IMG/VR virus record: IMGVR_UViG_3300020161_001223
Span: 1-42,538 of that record
Reading direction: 5' to 3' (one strand)
Length of the DNA: 42,538 nt
DNA from: a virus
Taxonomy: Duplodnaviria > Caudoviricetes
Shown here piece after piece: positions 1 through 7,723 of this stretch. Every line of letters begins with the position of its first letter. Position 1 is the stretch's first letter. The position numbers and the translations under genes were made by a program. Under the pieces are notes generated by a model that did not search any database, was not told the DNA's origin, and worked only from the letters and a program-made list of their open reading frames with translations.

Positions 1-30
1 TCGGGTTATAGGTACTCTATTCTCTGCCAT
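1..30 (-). CDS. 5' end of a gene running off the window (MAENRVPITR...), probably a late/virion gene
   Basis: ATG at 30 on the minus strand, open to the window edge, preceded 3 nt upstream by TATTTATA like other late genes. Confidence 0.55.
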   Translation of the reverse strand, partial: MAENRVPITR

Positions 31-33
31 ACC

Positions 34-41
34 TATAAATA
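34..41 (-). promoter_or_regulatory. putative late promoter TATTTATA
   Basis: + strand TATAAATA at 34-41 reads TATTTATA on the coding strand, 3 nt before the ATG at 30. Confidence 0.55.
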
Positions 42-47
42 CTTTAA

Positions 48-77
48 TTGATTTTTTATAGTTGTTTCTTATATTTT
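48..77 (+). promoter_or_regulatory. Bacteroidota-like housekeeping promoter (TTG-N19-TATATTTT)
   Basis: TTG at 48-50, 19 nt spacer, TATATTTT at 70-77, 8 nt before the helicase ATG at 86; resembles -33 TTG / -7 TAnnTTTG with one mismatch. Confidence 0.45.
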
Positions 78-85
78 ATTATATT

Positions 86-1849
86 ATGGAAGATTTTGTG
101 CCAAAAACACCCGAATCCAAAGCTCTTGTGATATTAGAAAATTATGAAGGGTCGAATAACTATATCCTAAATTTAAAACATAAAAAGGAAAATAGTAAGT
201 CATTTACACCAACAAGAAGTCAAGCCGAATATATTATCAATTATCAAATCACGAATCCAAAAGTTGCAAAGAAATGGGTTAAGTTGGATTCCTATTTTGG
301 TAAAAAACTTATGGAAGACAAAATGTACACCAAAGAACCAACTGAAATTTATGTTGAAAAGCTTTTGGTGGAAAAAGATAAGGCTTATCACATTTGGGGT
401 AAAATATTAAGTGGGGAAACATTACACGACTTTTGGATGCCAAAATCTGCACTTATAAAAGACAATGAGGTTAAAAATGTTTCTATAGAGTATGATAAGT
501 ATTCACATAGACCCCCAATGGAGCACCAAAAAGAGGCAATTGAAAAGTTGGTTAAAAATAAAAAGTTTATTTTGGCTGATGATATGGGTCTTGGTAAAAC
601 AACATCTACGATTGTCGCCGCTTTAGAAACGGGAGCAAAAAAAATATTAATTATTTGTCCAGCGTCTTTAAAACTTAATTGGGAAAGGGAAATTGCAAAT
701 TATTCGGATAGAACTGTTTTTATTGCTGAAGGAAAGAAATTTTCAAATGAACACGATTTTGTTATCATCAACTATGATATATTAAAAAATTTCCACGACC
801 CAAAAGATAAAGACGATTCTGAGTTAATGAGAGCAAATTTTGATTTAGTTATAATGGACGAAGCTCATATGATATCAAATCCTCAGGCTCAAAGAACAAA
901 AATTGCAAATGATATAGCAAGTAAATCAAATAGAGTATGGTTGTTGTCAGGAACACCAATGACTTCAAGACCTATGAATTATTATAATTTATTACATCTT
1001 GTTGATAGTCCTGTCGCAATGAATTGGATGGCATATGCTAAAAGATATTGTAATGGTTTTCAGTTTGCGGTTGGTAAAAGAAAAGTATGGAACGTTACGG
1101 GAGCATCAAATCTTGATGAATTAAGAGAGAGAACCTCAACACATATCTTAAGAAGATTAAAAGAAGAAGTTTTAGATTTACCAGAAAAGATTATTACGCC
1201 AGTTTATTTGAGATTAAAATCAAAAGATTATGAAGAATTAATGGGTGAATATTTTGATTGGTACGATGAGAATCCTGAAGAGTCTTCATCATTGACGGTT
1301 CAGTTTTCAAAATTAATGAAAGTTAGAAAGGTTATCGCACAAGAAAAGATAAATAATACAATTGAGTTGGCTGAGAATATTATTGAGCAAGGTAAAAAAG
1401 TTATTATATTCACAAATTTTACAGATACGTTAAACATCATATATAACCATTTTGGAAAACAAGCGGTATATCTTGATGGTAGTTGCTCTAAGTTCCATAG
1501 ACAAAATGCCGTAGATGAATTTCAAACAAACGACAAAATAAAAGTATTTGTTGGTAACCTAAAGGCTGCAGGTGTTGGTATCACACTAACCGCAGCTGAG
1601 GCTGTTATTATGAATGATTTATCGTTTGTACCTGCAGAACATTCACAAGCAGAAGATAGGTCCCATAGAATCGGACAGAAAAACTCAACATCTGTTTATT
1701 ATCCACTTTTTGAAAACACAATTGAAGGTGCGATATATGACATCCTCAATAGAAAAAAGAAAATTATATCGACTGTAATGGGTGATGGTATGTTTGATGA
1801 AGCTACTATCATTGAAGAAATGTTAAATTTAATTTCTAAAAACCGATGA
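86..1849 (+). CDS. SNF2-family (HARP/SMARCAL1-like) helicase/annealing ATPase
   Basis: ILADDMGLGKT (motif I), ICPASL, MDEAH, LSGTP, ILRRLK, AAGVGITLT, QAEDRSHRIGQ; ATG at 86 preferred over TTG at 62. Confidence 0.92.
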   Translation: MEDFVPKTPESKALVILENYEGSNNYILNLKHKKENSKSFTPTRSQAEYIINYQITNPKVAKKWVKLDSYFGKKLMEDKMYTKEPTEIYVEKLLVEKDKAYHIWGKILSGETLHDFWMPKSALIKDNEVKNVSIEYDKYSHRPPMEHQKEAIEKLVKNKKFILADDMGLGKTTSTIVAALETGAKKILIICPASLKLNWEREIANYSDRTVFIAEGKKFSNEHDFVIINYDILKNFHDPKDKDDSELMRANFDLVIMDEAHMISNPQAQRTKIANDIASKSNRVWLLSGTPMTSRPMNYYNLLHLVDSPVAMNWMAYAKRYCNGFQFAVGKRKVWNVTGASNLDELRERTSTHILRRLKEEVLDLPEKIITPVYLRLKSKDYEELMGEYFDWYDENPEESSSLTVQFSKLMKVRKVIAQEKINNTIELAENIIEQGKKVIIFTNFTDTLNIIYNHFGKQAVYLDGSCSKFHRQNAVDEFQTNDKIKVFVGNLKAAGVGITLTAAEAVIMNDLSFVPAEHSQAEDRSHRIGQKNSTSVYYPLFENTIEGAIYDILNRKKKIISTVMGDGMFDEATIIEEMLNLISKNR

Positions 1850-1857
1850 TATTTATA
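1850..1857 (+). promoter_or_regulatory. putative late promoter TATTTATA
   Basis: fills the 12-nt spacer between the helicase stop and the ATG at 1862. Confidence 0.55.
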
Positions 1858-1861
1858 TCGT

Positions 1862-2950
1862 ATGGAAGTTAATATTAAATATGATGGGATTGAACCAACT
1901 AAAGAAGATAAAAAATTAATCGAGGATTTTATTTCACAACTTAAAAAGAATTATCCATTAGAGGATGATATTGACATTTCATTTCAAATCAAAAGGACCG
2001 GAGAAATGACTACAGGGTCAAGAACCAACAAAAACAAACTTAAAATTTTAGTGAAAGATAGATTAAATCGTGATGTTATGAGAACGTTAGCTCACGAATG
2101 GTCTCACGAATACCAAAGAACTGTTTTAAAAAGAAAAAAAGGAAAAGATATTGGTGGAAAAAATGAAGATGAAGCTAGTTCACAAGCATCACAAGAAATT
2201 AAAAAGTTTGAAAAAGATAATAAAAAAATGGAAAAATCAATCTACAAATCTTTCTCGGAGAAAATTGAGGCGATTGAATCTATATTAGAAGTTGATTCAT
2301 CAAAAAAAGATTTATTAATAACTGAAATAAAAAAAGTAAGTGTAGATAAACTTCCTTATGGTTATGAATCTTTAGAAAGATTTATTGATAGTGATACGAT
2401 GAATACTCACTACAACAAACACTACAAGGGGTATGTTGAGAAACTAAATGTTGAGTTAGAAAAAATTAAAGGAAAAGATTTAGACTTAGAGGAGATTGTT
2501 GAAAAAATATCAAAATTCAATAAAGTCGTAAAAAATAATGGTGGTGGTGCCTTTAATCATGCATTATTTTGGAAAATGTTATCCCCAAAGAAACAAGAAA
2601 TTACTGACCCGGTACTTTCAAAAATTAAAAAAGATTTTGGTTCTTTTGAAAAATTTAAAGAATTGTTTAGTTCAGAAGCAAAATCAAAATTTGGTTCAGG
2701 GTGGGTTTGGTTAGTTCTAACCAAGAACAACCGATTAAAAGTAATGACCACATCTAATCAAGACAACCCACTTATGAATACTGAAAAAGATGGTGGATAT
2801 CCACTTTTGGGTTTGGATTTATGGGAACACGCGTATTATCTAAAATATAAAAATAAGAGAGACGAATACATCTCTAACTTTTGGAAAGTAGTGAATTGGG
2901 GATTTGTAAACGACCAATATACTACCCAAATTAAAAAGAAGTCTGTGTAG
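1862..2950 (+). CDS. sodA: Fe/Mn superoxide dismutase (Mn-type signatures) fused to an N-terminal HExxH zincin-like domain
   Basis: LPYGYESLE, HYNKHY, NNGGGAFNHALFW, FGSGWVWL, NQDNP, DLWEHAYY with all four metal ligands present; the N-terminal ~150 aa contains LAHEWSHEYQ...NEDEA. Confidence 0.9.
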   Translation: MEVNIKYDGIEPTKEDKKLIEDFISQLKKNYPLEDDIDISFQIKRTGEMTTGSRTNKNKLKILVKDRLNRDVMRTLAHEWSHEYQRTVLKRKKGKDIGGKNEDEASSQASQEIKKFEKDNKKMEKSIYKSFSEKIEAIESILEVDSSKKDLLITEIKKVSVDKLPYGYESLERFIDSDTMNTHYNKHYKGYVEKLNVELEKIKGKDLDLEEIVEKISKFNKVVKNNGGGAFNHALFWKMLSPKKQEITDPVLSKIKKDFGSFEKFKELFSSEAKSKFGSGWVWLVLTKNNRLKVMTTSNQDNPLMNTEKDGGYPLLGLDLWEHAYYLKYKNKRDEYISNFWKVVNWGFVNDQYTTQIKKKSV

Positions 2951-2966
2951 AATTATTTTGACTAGA

Positions 2967-2974
2967 TATTTATA
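2967..2974 (+). promoter_or_regulatory. putative late promoter TATTTATA
   Basis: intergenic, 11 nt before the neck gene ATG at 2986. Confidence 0.55.
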
Positions 2975-2985
2975 TAAAAAAATCT

Positions 2986-4107
2986 ATGTCAACACCAGTT
3001 ATTATCAACGAGCCAGATAGAAGTAAACTTTATAAAAGAATACGAAATCTTTTAGGAGCACCTTTACGTTCAGTAGAGTTAGATGATGAGATGATGGACT
3101 CTCTATTAGAACTTTCCATTGAAGATTATGAGCAACACGTACAAGATTGGTTAATTGAGTCTCAGTGGACTTCAGTGTACGGGTTGAATCTTGATGAACA
3201 ATCAATTACAAGAGCATTGTCAACTAGAAGTATGGATTGGGAAACCCAATATACTTACGCATATTCTAAAATTGTTGGTCTACAGGCTGGAGGTGATTGG
3301 GTTTTGAAAAAAGATTATATAGATTTAGTTCCTAACCAACAAATATATGAAATACCGGCTGGTAGAGAATTAAACGAACTATTATGGTTTGCAAGACCTG
3401 AATTAGATGCGGCGTACTTTGACCCATTTATGGGTGGATTCGGAGGATTCGGTGGTATTGGTTTAGGTGGTGGTGCAGGTTTTTCACAAATGGGAACCAC
3501 AGGTAACTATTTCATTACTCCAGCATTTGATATCCTACTAAGAATGTCTGACATTAACATTAAAAGAAGAATTATTACGGGTGATTTAACATATCGAGTA
3601 ACAGCATTACCTGAAGGAAAAAAAGCAATTCATTTAATGAATGTACCCGGTGGTAAATTTGATTTTGGTAATATGAGAAGAAACGAACATAGAGTTTGGT
3701 ATTGGTATTACGATACTTTCGATAGAGAAGATTGTTTAGCCAAAAATCCTGACGTTATACGATTACCTTCAGATATTCCATTAGACAGATTAAGATGGGA
3801 TAAATTAAATCCTCCCGCTCAGACTTGGATTAGAAGGTGGTTTACCGCATATTGTAAAGAAACACTAGCAAGAGTTAGAGGTAAGTTTAGTGGTAATTTA
3901 AAAACACCTGATTCTGAACTCACAATGGATTATGCATCACTATCCACCGAAGCAAAAGATGAAAAGGCTATGTTGTGGGAAGAACTAAAAACTCGTCTTG
4001 AAAGATTGAGACCTGAAAAAATGATGGAACAAAAGGCTTTACAAGCTGAAAATTTAAACAAATTATTAAAGTTCAGAGCATTCCAAAGCCCATATACAGT
4101 TATTTAA
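2986..4107 (+). CDS. neck/head-completion protein, T4 gp13-like
   Basis: N-terminal LLGAPLRSVELDDE resembles the gp13 LGAP..VEL motif; C-terminal WIRRWFTAYCKETLARVRGKF resembles the gp13 W.K.Y..A..K....GK segment. Confidence 0.75.
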   Translation: MSTPVIINEPDRSKLYKRIRNLLGAPLRSVELDDEMMDSLLELSIEDYEQHVQDWLIESQWTSVYGLNLDEQSITRALSTRSMDWETQYTYAYSKIVGLQAGGDWVLKKDYIDLVPNQQIYEIPAGRELNELLWFARPELDAAYFDPFMGGFGGFGGIGLGGGAGFSQMGTTGNYFITPAFDILLRMSDINIKRRIITGDLTYRVTALPEGKKAIHLMNVPGGKFDFGNMRRNEHRVWYWYYDTFDREDCLAKNPDVIRLPSDIPLDRLRWDKLNPPAQTWIRRWFTAYCKETLARVRGKFSGNLKTPDSELTMDYASLSTEAKDEKAMLWEELKTRLERLRPEKMMEQKALQAENLNKLLKFRAFQSPYTVI

Positions 4108-4113
4108 TAATCT

Positions 4114-4446
4114 ATGTCAGTTTTTAGGTCAATACCGTCAAAAAGAATTATAAATGGTCACGAAATCATTACATCTGATGTTGCGGTAGTCACTAGTAAT
4201 AATTATTCAACTAATGGTGAGTCTGCAATTGTAATAAAGGGAACTGAATTATGTGAGTTGTTTTTAGATTCTAAAACTACCGACCACATCGTTATTAAAG
4301 CACTAACTAAAGTTAATGTCACCGCAGATTCTTTAATTGATGAAGAATTTGATATTATTGAATTAGATAAAGGTGCTTGTGTTGAATATCGTAAAATCGG
4401 TGATTTTTGGTACATTCTTTCATCTGATGGGTTGAAGAACTCTTAG
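4114..4446 (+). CDS. hypothetical protein (beta-rich, possibly virion-associated)
   Basis: 110 aa ORF directly after the neck gene; its stop overlaps the convergent polymerase stop by 4 bp. Confidence 0.7.
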   Translation: MSVFRSIPSKRIINGHEIITSDVAVVTSNNYSTNGESAIVIKGTELCELFLDSKTTDHIVIKALTKVNVTADSLIDEEFDIIELDKGACVEYRKIGDFWYILSSDGLKNS

Positions 4447-7271
4447 TCGAAACTAAGAGCCATCAAATCACCATCAACATCAAATTCATAATACTCGTCC
4501 TGTTCAACTTTAGTATTTTTCTTAACGTATTCGTCCATCAAATTTCTATTGTTTTGAATCCATTCAGTATCAACTAAATCTAATGTGTCGTTGATATACA
4601 TATAGTAAGGGTCAATCCCGACGTTTTTCCAAAACGTTAATTCCATATCAGATAACGATAATACTTCTTCTAAAGTATCTTGATGAGCTTCTTTCATAGG
4701 ATATCCCCTCACAAGTTCAGTTTGAGTTTTAGTGAATATAGGTCTATCCTTAGGGTCTTCAATTAAAATGTCTTCTCTGATTTCAGGTTTGTATACAACC
4801 AACAATGGTTCGATTCTTTTGTTAAAAGCCGCCATATATCTAGCAATATTATACTCACCTAATAAATCGGGGTTCCTTTCAATTTCTTTTTCATCAATTA
4901 GATAACAATTTAAAACCAATTCATCTTTTTTCTTTTGGACATCTCCGTGTGATTTCTTTTCACCATTATTAACATAAAAGATGGTATCACCAAGACCTGG
5001 ATTCTTACCCTCTTTAATCAAAAGTTCCATATGTGCTTGACGAGACATCATATTTCCTGCTCTTGTTGTTTTTGTTATGTGAACTTTATAATCATCAATA
5101 GATTGTTTAACACGGGCTTTGTTTGCAATTTTAGCCAAAGGAATTTGTCTGTTATACAACTTATCAACATACTCGTAATAGAAATCTAAAAACTCCCCAC
5201 CCTTACCATCTAATAACATTCGAAGACCTTTATCTAAGAACTCAGCAACATATGTTTGAAGTTTTTTAGATTTAATAGTATTACCTGTAAGTTTTACTTT
5301 TCCTTTATCTGTAAGAAGTGCATAGTTTTTACGAGCCACGTTGATTGTTGAAGGCCATACACCATCGATATCTAATCCCATCTCACCTCGTAAGAACAAA
5401 TCATTGTATTCTGCAACGTCAGCTTCTGCGCCAACATATTCCTTCCCTTCTTTAACCAATCCGTTAAGTCCTTTACCAATGTATTTGTATTCATCACGGT
5501 CAGACGGAGTTTCAAAGTTCACACCATCAGTGTCCATCACAAGTGGAACATAACCACGTTTCATAAAGAACATAATCATCTGACGAAGATATTGTCTTCC
5601 TGTGCAAGTAATCTGTTCACCCATATCAATATCACCCCACGGAAATACTTGTGGAGCCGACAATGAACCAAAGAATGCGTTGATGAAGATTTTAATTGGT
5701 AACTGCTTTCTATCGTATGAAATTGCAAGTTTTGGGTCTATTGTTTTATATTCACTTGCCAAGTTCTTGTATTTTATACGAGTATCACGAAAATACTTTA
5801 ACATACTTTTCATCGCACCTGTGACATCACAAGCTGGAAACACATCATGCACCAACTGAATTGATGGGTATAGTGAAGAGTAGTCAAGTTTCAATACGTT
5901 TTTAGAGAACCCAACCTGAACTAAACGAGAAAGACCACCAGTAAACTTTCGTTTTTCTAACTTTCTTGGGATTGCCAATTTGTGTTTGTAAGACCAAGAG
6001 GACATAATCATTTTCCATAATGTTGCAGTACCCATCGTTGAAAGTCTTTCGTATGTTGTTGGTACGAGTTTGGAAAGTAAGAAATTTGCTTGATTGAACT
6101 GTTCGTCCACAATCATAGTCTCATAAAGGTCATCGTCCAAGTAGTCTTCAATAATCTTTGAACCTGTAATTAAATGATAAACATCATCTCGTCTTTTACA
6201 TATTTCATCTATTTTAGAATCAAACCCAACTTTTTTGTATACACCATTTTCTTTGTTCATCCAAAACTCTTCATTGTCGAAATATATTTTACCAATTTTA
6301 TCCCCCTCTACATAAACACGATTAGGTTTTTCGGCCTCAATAAACTTAGTAATATACTTCAAAGACCAACTCTTAATATCTGAGTTGATTGCTTGTGCTC
6401 TACGAACTGCGTGTGCAATATCCACAATGTTATAACCCCACATCTGAGTTTGAACATACGGTTCCATTTCGTTTGCCAACTTTAAGATACCGTCTTTTTG
6501 TTTCAGAGTATAATCAGGATGTAAAGTTTTACAGATTTTTTTGATATTAAGTTTTAATATCTCGGCCCTTTTTAAAATAAATGGGAAGTCAAAGAATGCT
6601 GAGTTGTATCCACCCACTAAAGAAGGTTTTAGTTCATCAATAGTTTTGAAGAAATCAACAATCATTTGTCTTTCTTCATCTTCATTTTGTGCCGATAATA
6701 ATTTCAAGAAACCACGATTGTCTTTCATTCCAATCAAGAATATCTTACTTGTTTTGGGGTCTAAACCCGTGGTCTCGATATCGAATACAAATCTGTGGAT
6801 TTCATCATATTCTTCAAAACCCTTAAAAAGTCGTTTGTTTTTTTGAATTAGGTATTGCTCTACTGGTGATAGAATTTGAATACTATCCGTGTTGTCTCTA
6901 CCCCACGGGTCTAAACCACCACCTTTAAAGAAGTTTACGAGATTTGAATATGATTTTGTTGTTTTAACAATATACTTGAGTCCGTTTTCTAAACGTTCAT
7001 CTCCGTGAGTATCTAATTTTTCAATAATAATACCATTTTCACTCATCGCACGTTTTTGTGCGTGTTTGTCGTTCTTGTAAAAGTTTTTACCCTTCAAGTC
7101 ACCAACCCAAGCAAATGGGATGAATGTGTCAGGACGTAACAACTTACCCTTAATAGGGTCTTGGATTACTTTATAAATTTTTGATGTTTTGTAATCGTAT
7201 TCGAGTGAAACGATATATTTTTCGTCGTCTTCGCCTAATAAAAAGCGTTCAATTTCTTCTTGTGGAACCAT
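4443..7271 (-). CDS. polB: family B DNA polymerase with 3'-5' proofreading domain
   Basis: ExoI FDIETTG, ExoII GYNSAFFDFPFI, motif A LDYSSLYPSI, motif B KIFINAFFG, motif C MDTDG, RKNYA. Confidence 0.95.
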   Translation of the reverse strand: MVPQEEIERFLLGEDDEKYIVSLEYDYKTSKIYKVIQDPIKGKLLRPDTFIPFAWVGDLKGKNFYKNDKHAQKRAMSENGIIIEKLDTHGDERLENGLKYIVKTTKSYSNLVNFFKGGGLDPWGRDNTDSIQILSPVEQYLIQKNKRLFKGFEEYDEIHRFVFDIETTGLDPKTSKIFLIGMKDNRGFLKLLSAQNEDEERQMIVDFFKTIDELKPSLVGGYNSAFFDFPFILKRAEILKLNIKKICKTLHPDYTLKQKDGILKLANEMEPYVQTQMWGYNIVDIAHAVRRAQAINSDIKSWSLKYITKFIEAEKPNRVYVEGDKIGKIYFDNEEFWMNKENGVYKKVGFDSKIDEICKRRDDVYHLITGSKIIEDYLDDDLYETMIVDEQFNQANFLLSKLVPTTYERLSTMGTATLWKMIMSSWSYKHKLAIPRKLEKRKFTGGLSRLVQVGFSKNVLKLDYSSLYPSIQLVHDVFPACDVTGAMKSMLKYFRDTRIKYKNLASEYKTIDPKLAISYDRKQLPIKIFINAFFGSLSAPQVFPWGDIDMGEQITCTGRQYLRQMIMFFMKRGYVPLVMDTDGVNFETPSDRDEYKYIGKGLNGLVKEGKEYVGAEADVAEYNDLFLRGEMGLDIDGVWPSTINVARKNYALLTDKGKVKLTGNTIKSKKLQTYVAEFLDKGLRMLLDGKGGEFLDFYYEYVDKLYNRQIPLAKIANKARVKQSIDDYKVHITKTTRAGNMMSRQAHMELLIKEGKNPGLGDTIFYVNNGEKKSHGDVQKKKDELVLNCYLIDEKEIERNPDLLGEYNIARYMAAFNKRIEPLLVVYKPEIREDILIEDPKDRPIFTKTQTELVRGYPMKEAHQDTLEEVLSLSDMELTFWKNVGIDPYYMYINDTLDLVDTEWIQNNRNLMDEYVKKNTKVEQDEYYEFDVDGDLMALSFD

Positions 7272-7301
7272 AATTTTTATATTTAAGTTTGGTGTATTAG
7301 C

Positions 7302-7319
7302 TGTTACAAGAGAGTAACA
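7302..7319 (-). promoter_or_regulatory. stem-loop in the polymerase 5' leader
   Basis: TGTTAC-aagaga-GTAACA perfect 6-bp inverted repeat lying between the putative promoter and the polymerase ATG (30 nt upstream of it). Confidence 0.35.
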
Positions 7320-7332
7320 TTTACCTTCATCT

Positions 7333-7364
7333 TAAATATATGAGTAAAATCTACCCTTGTCAAA
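7333..7364 (-). promoter_or_regulatory. Bacteroidota-like promoter (TTTG-N20-TATATTTA) for the DNA polymerase
   Basis: minus strand reads TTTG acaagggtagattttactca TATATTTA. Confidence 0.45.
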
Positions 7365-7713
7365 TAATATTGATATAAAGATTTTCTCTAATTGGTGAAA
7401 TTAATTCTCCGTTTTCTAATATCACTAAAAACTGACCTACAAATCTACCTACAGTATTAGTATCCTTAGGTTCCCATTTATAGTAAATGTAGTACTCCCA
7501 AGGAGCGTCAGGGTTACGTTTGTCTTTTGCAACAATATACGCCTGTTTCATACTAACTTTTGGTATACCGTTCTTTTCGTTTACCATAGAAAATCTTAAT
7601 GTTGCGTTATCTAAAATTGAGTAGAAATTTTCATCCGCATCGGTTCTTCCATCAAGAACGACATCCATTTTGATTATCGGTAGAGTTGTATTTTGATTTA
7701 TAAAAAATTCCAT
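7360..7713 (-). CDS. hypothetical protein, BppU N-terminal-like (baseplate/fibre associated)
   Basis: MEFFINQNTTLP start and Y.W...DT...G.F.GQF pattern typical of BppU-like Ig-type domains; apparently co-transcribed with the large structural gene. Confidence 0.5.
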   Translation of the reverse strand: MEFFINQNTTLPIIKMDVVLDGRTDADENFYSILDNATLRFSMVNEKNGIPKVSMKQAYIVAKDKRNPDAPWEYYIYYKWEPKDTNTVGRFVGQFLVILENGELISPIRENLYINII

Positions 7714-7723
7714 TTCTATAATT

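Noticed and set aside
4443-7271. Intein or intron in the DNA polymerase
   Set aside because: Continuous 942 aa ORF with normal motif order and no C...HN-[C/S/T] or LAGLIDADG signature seen
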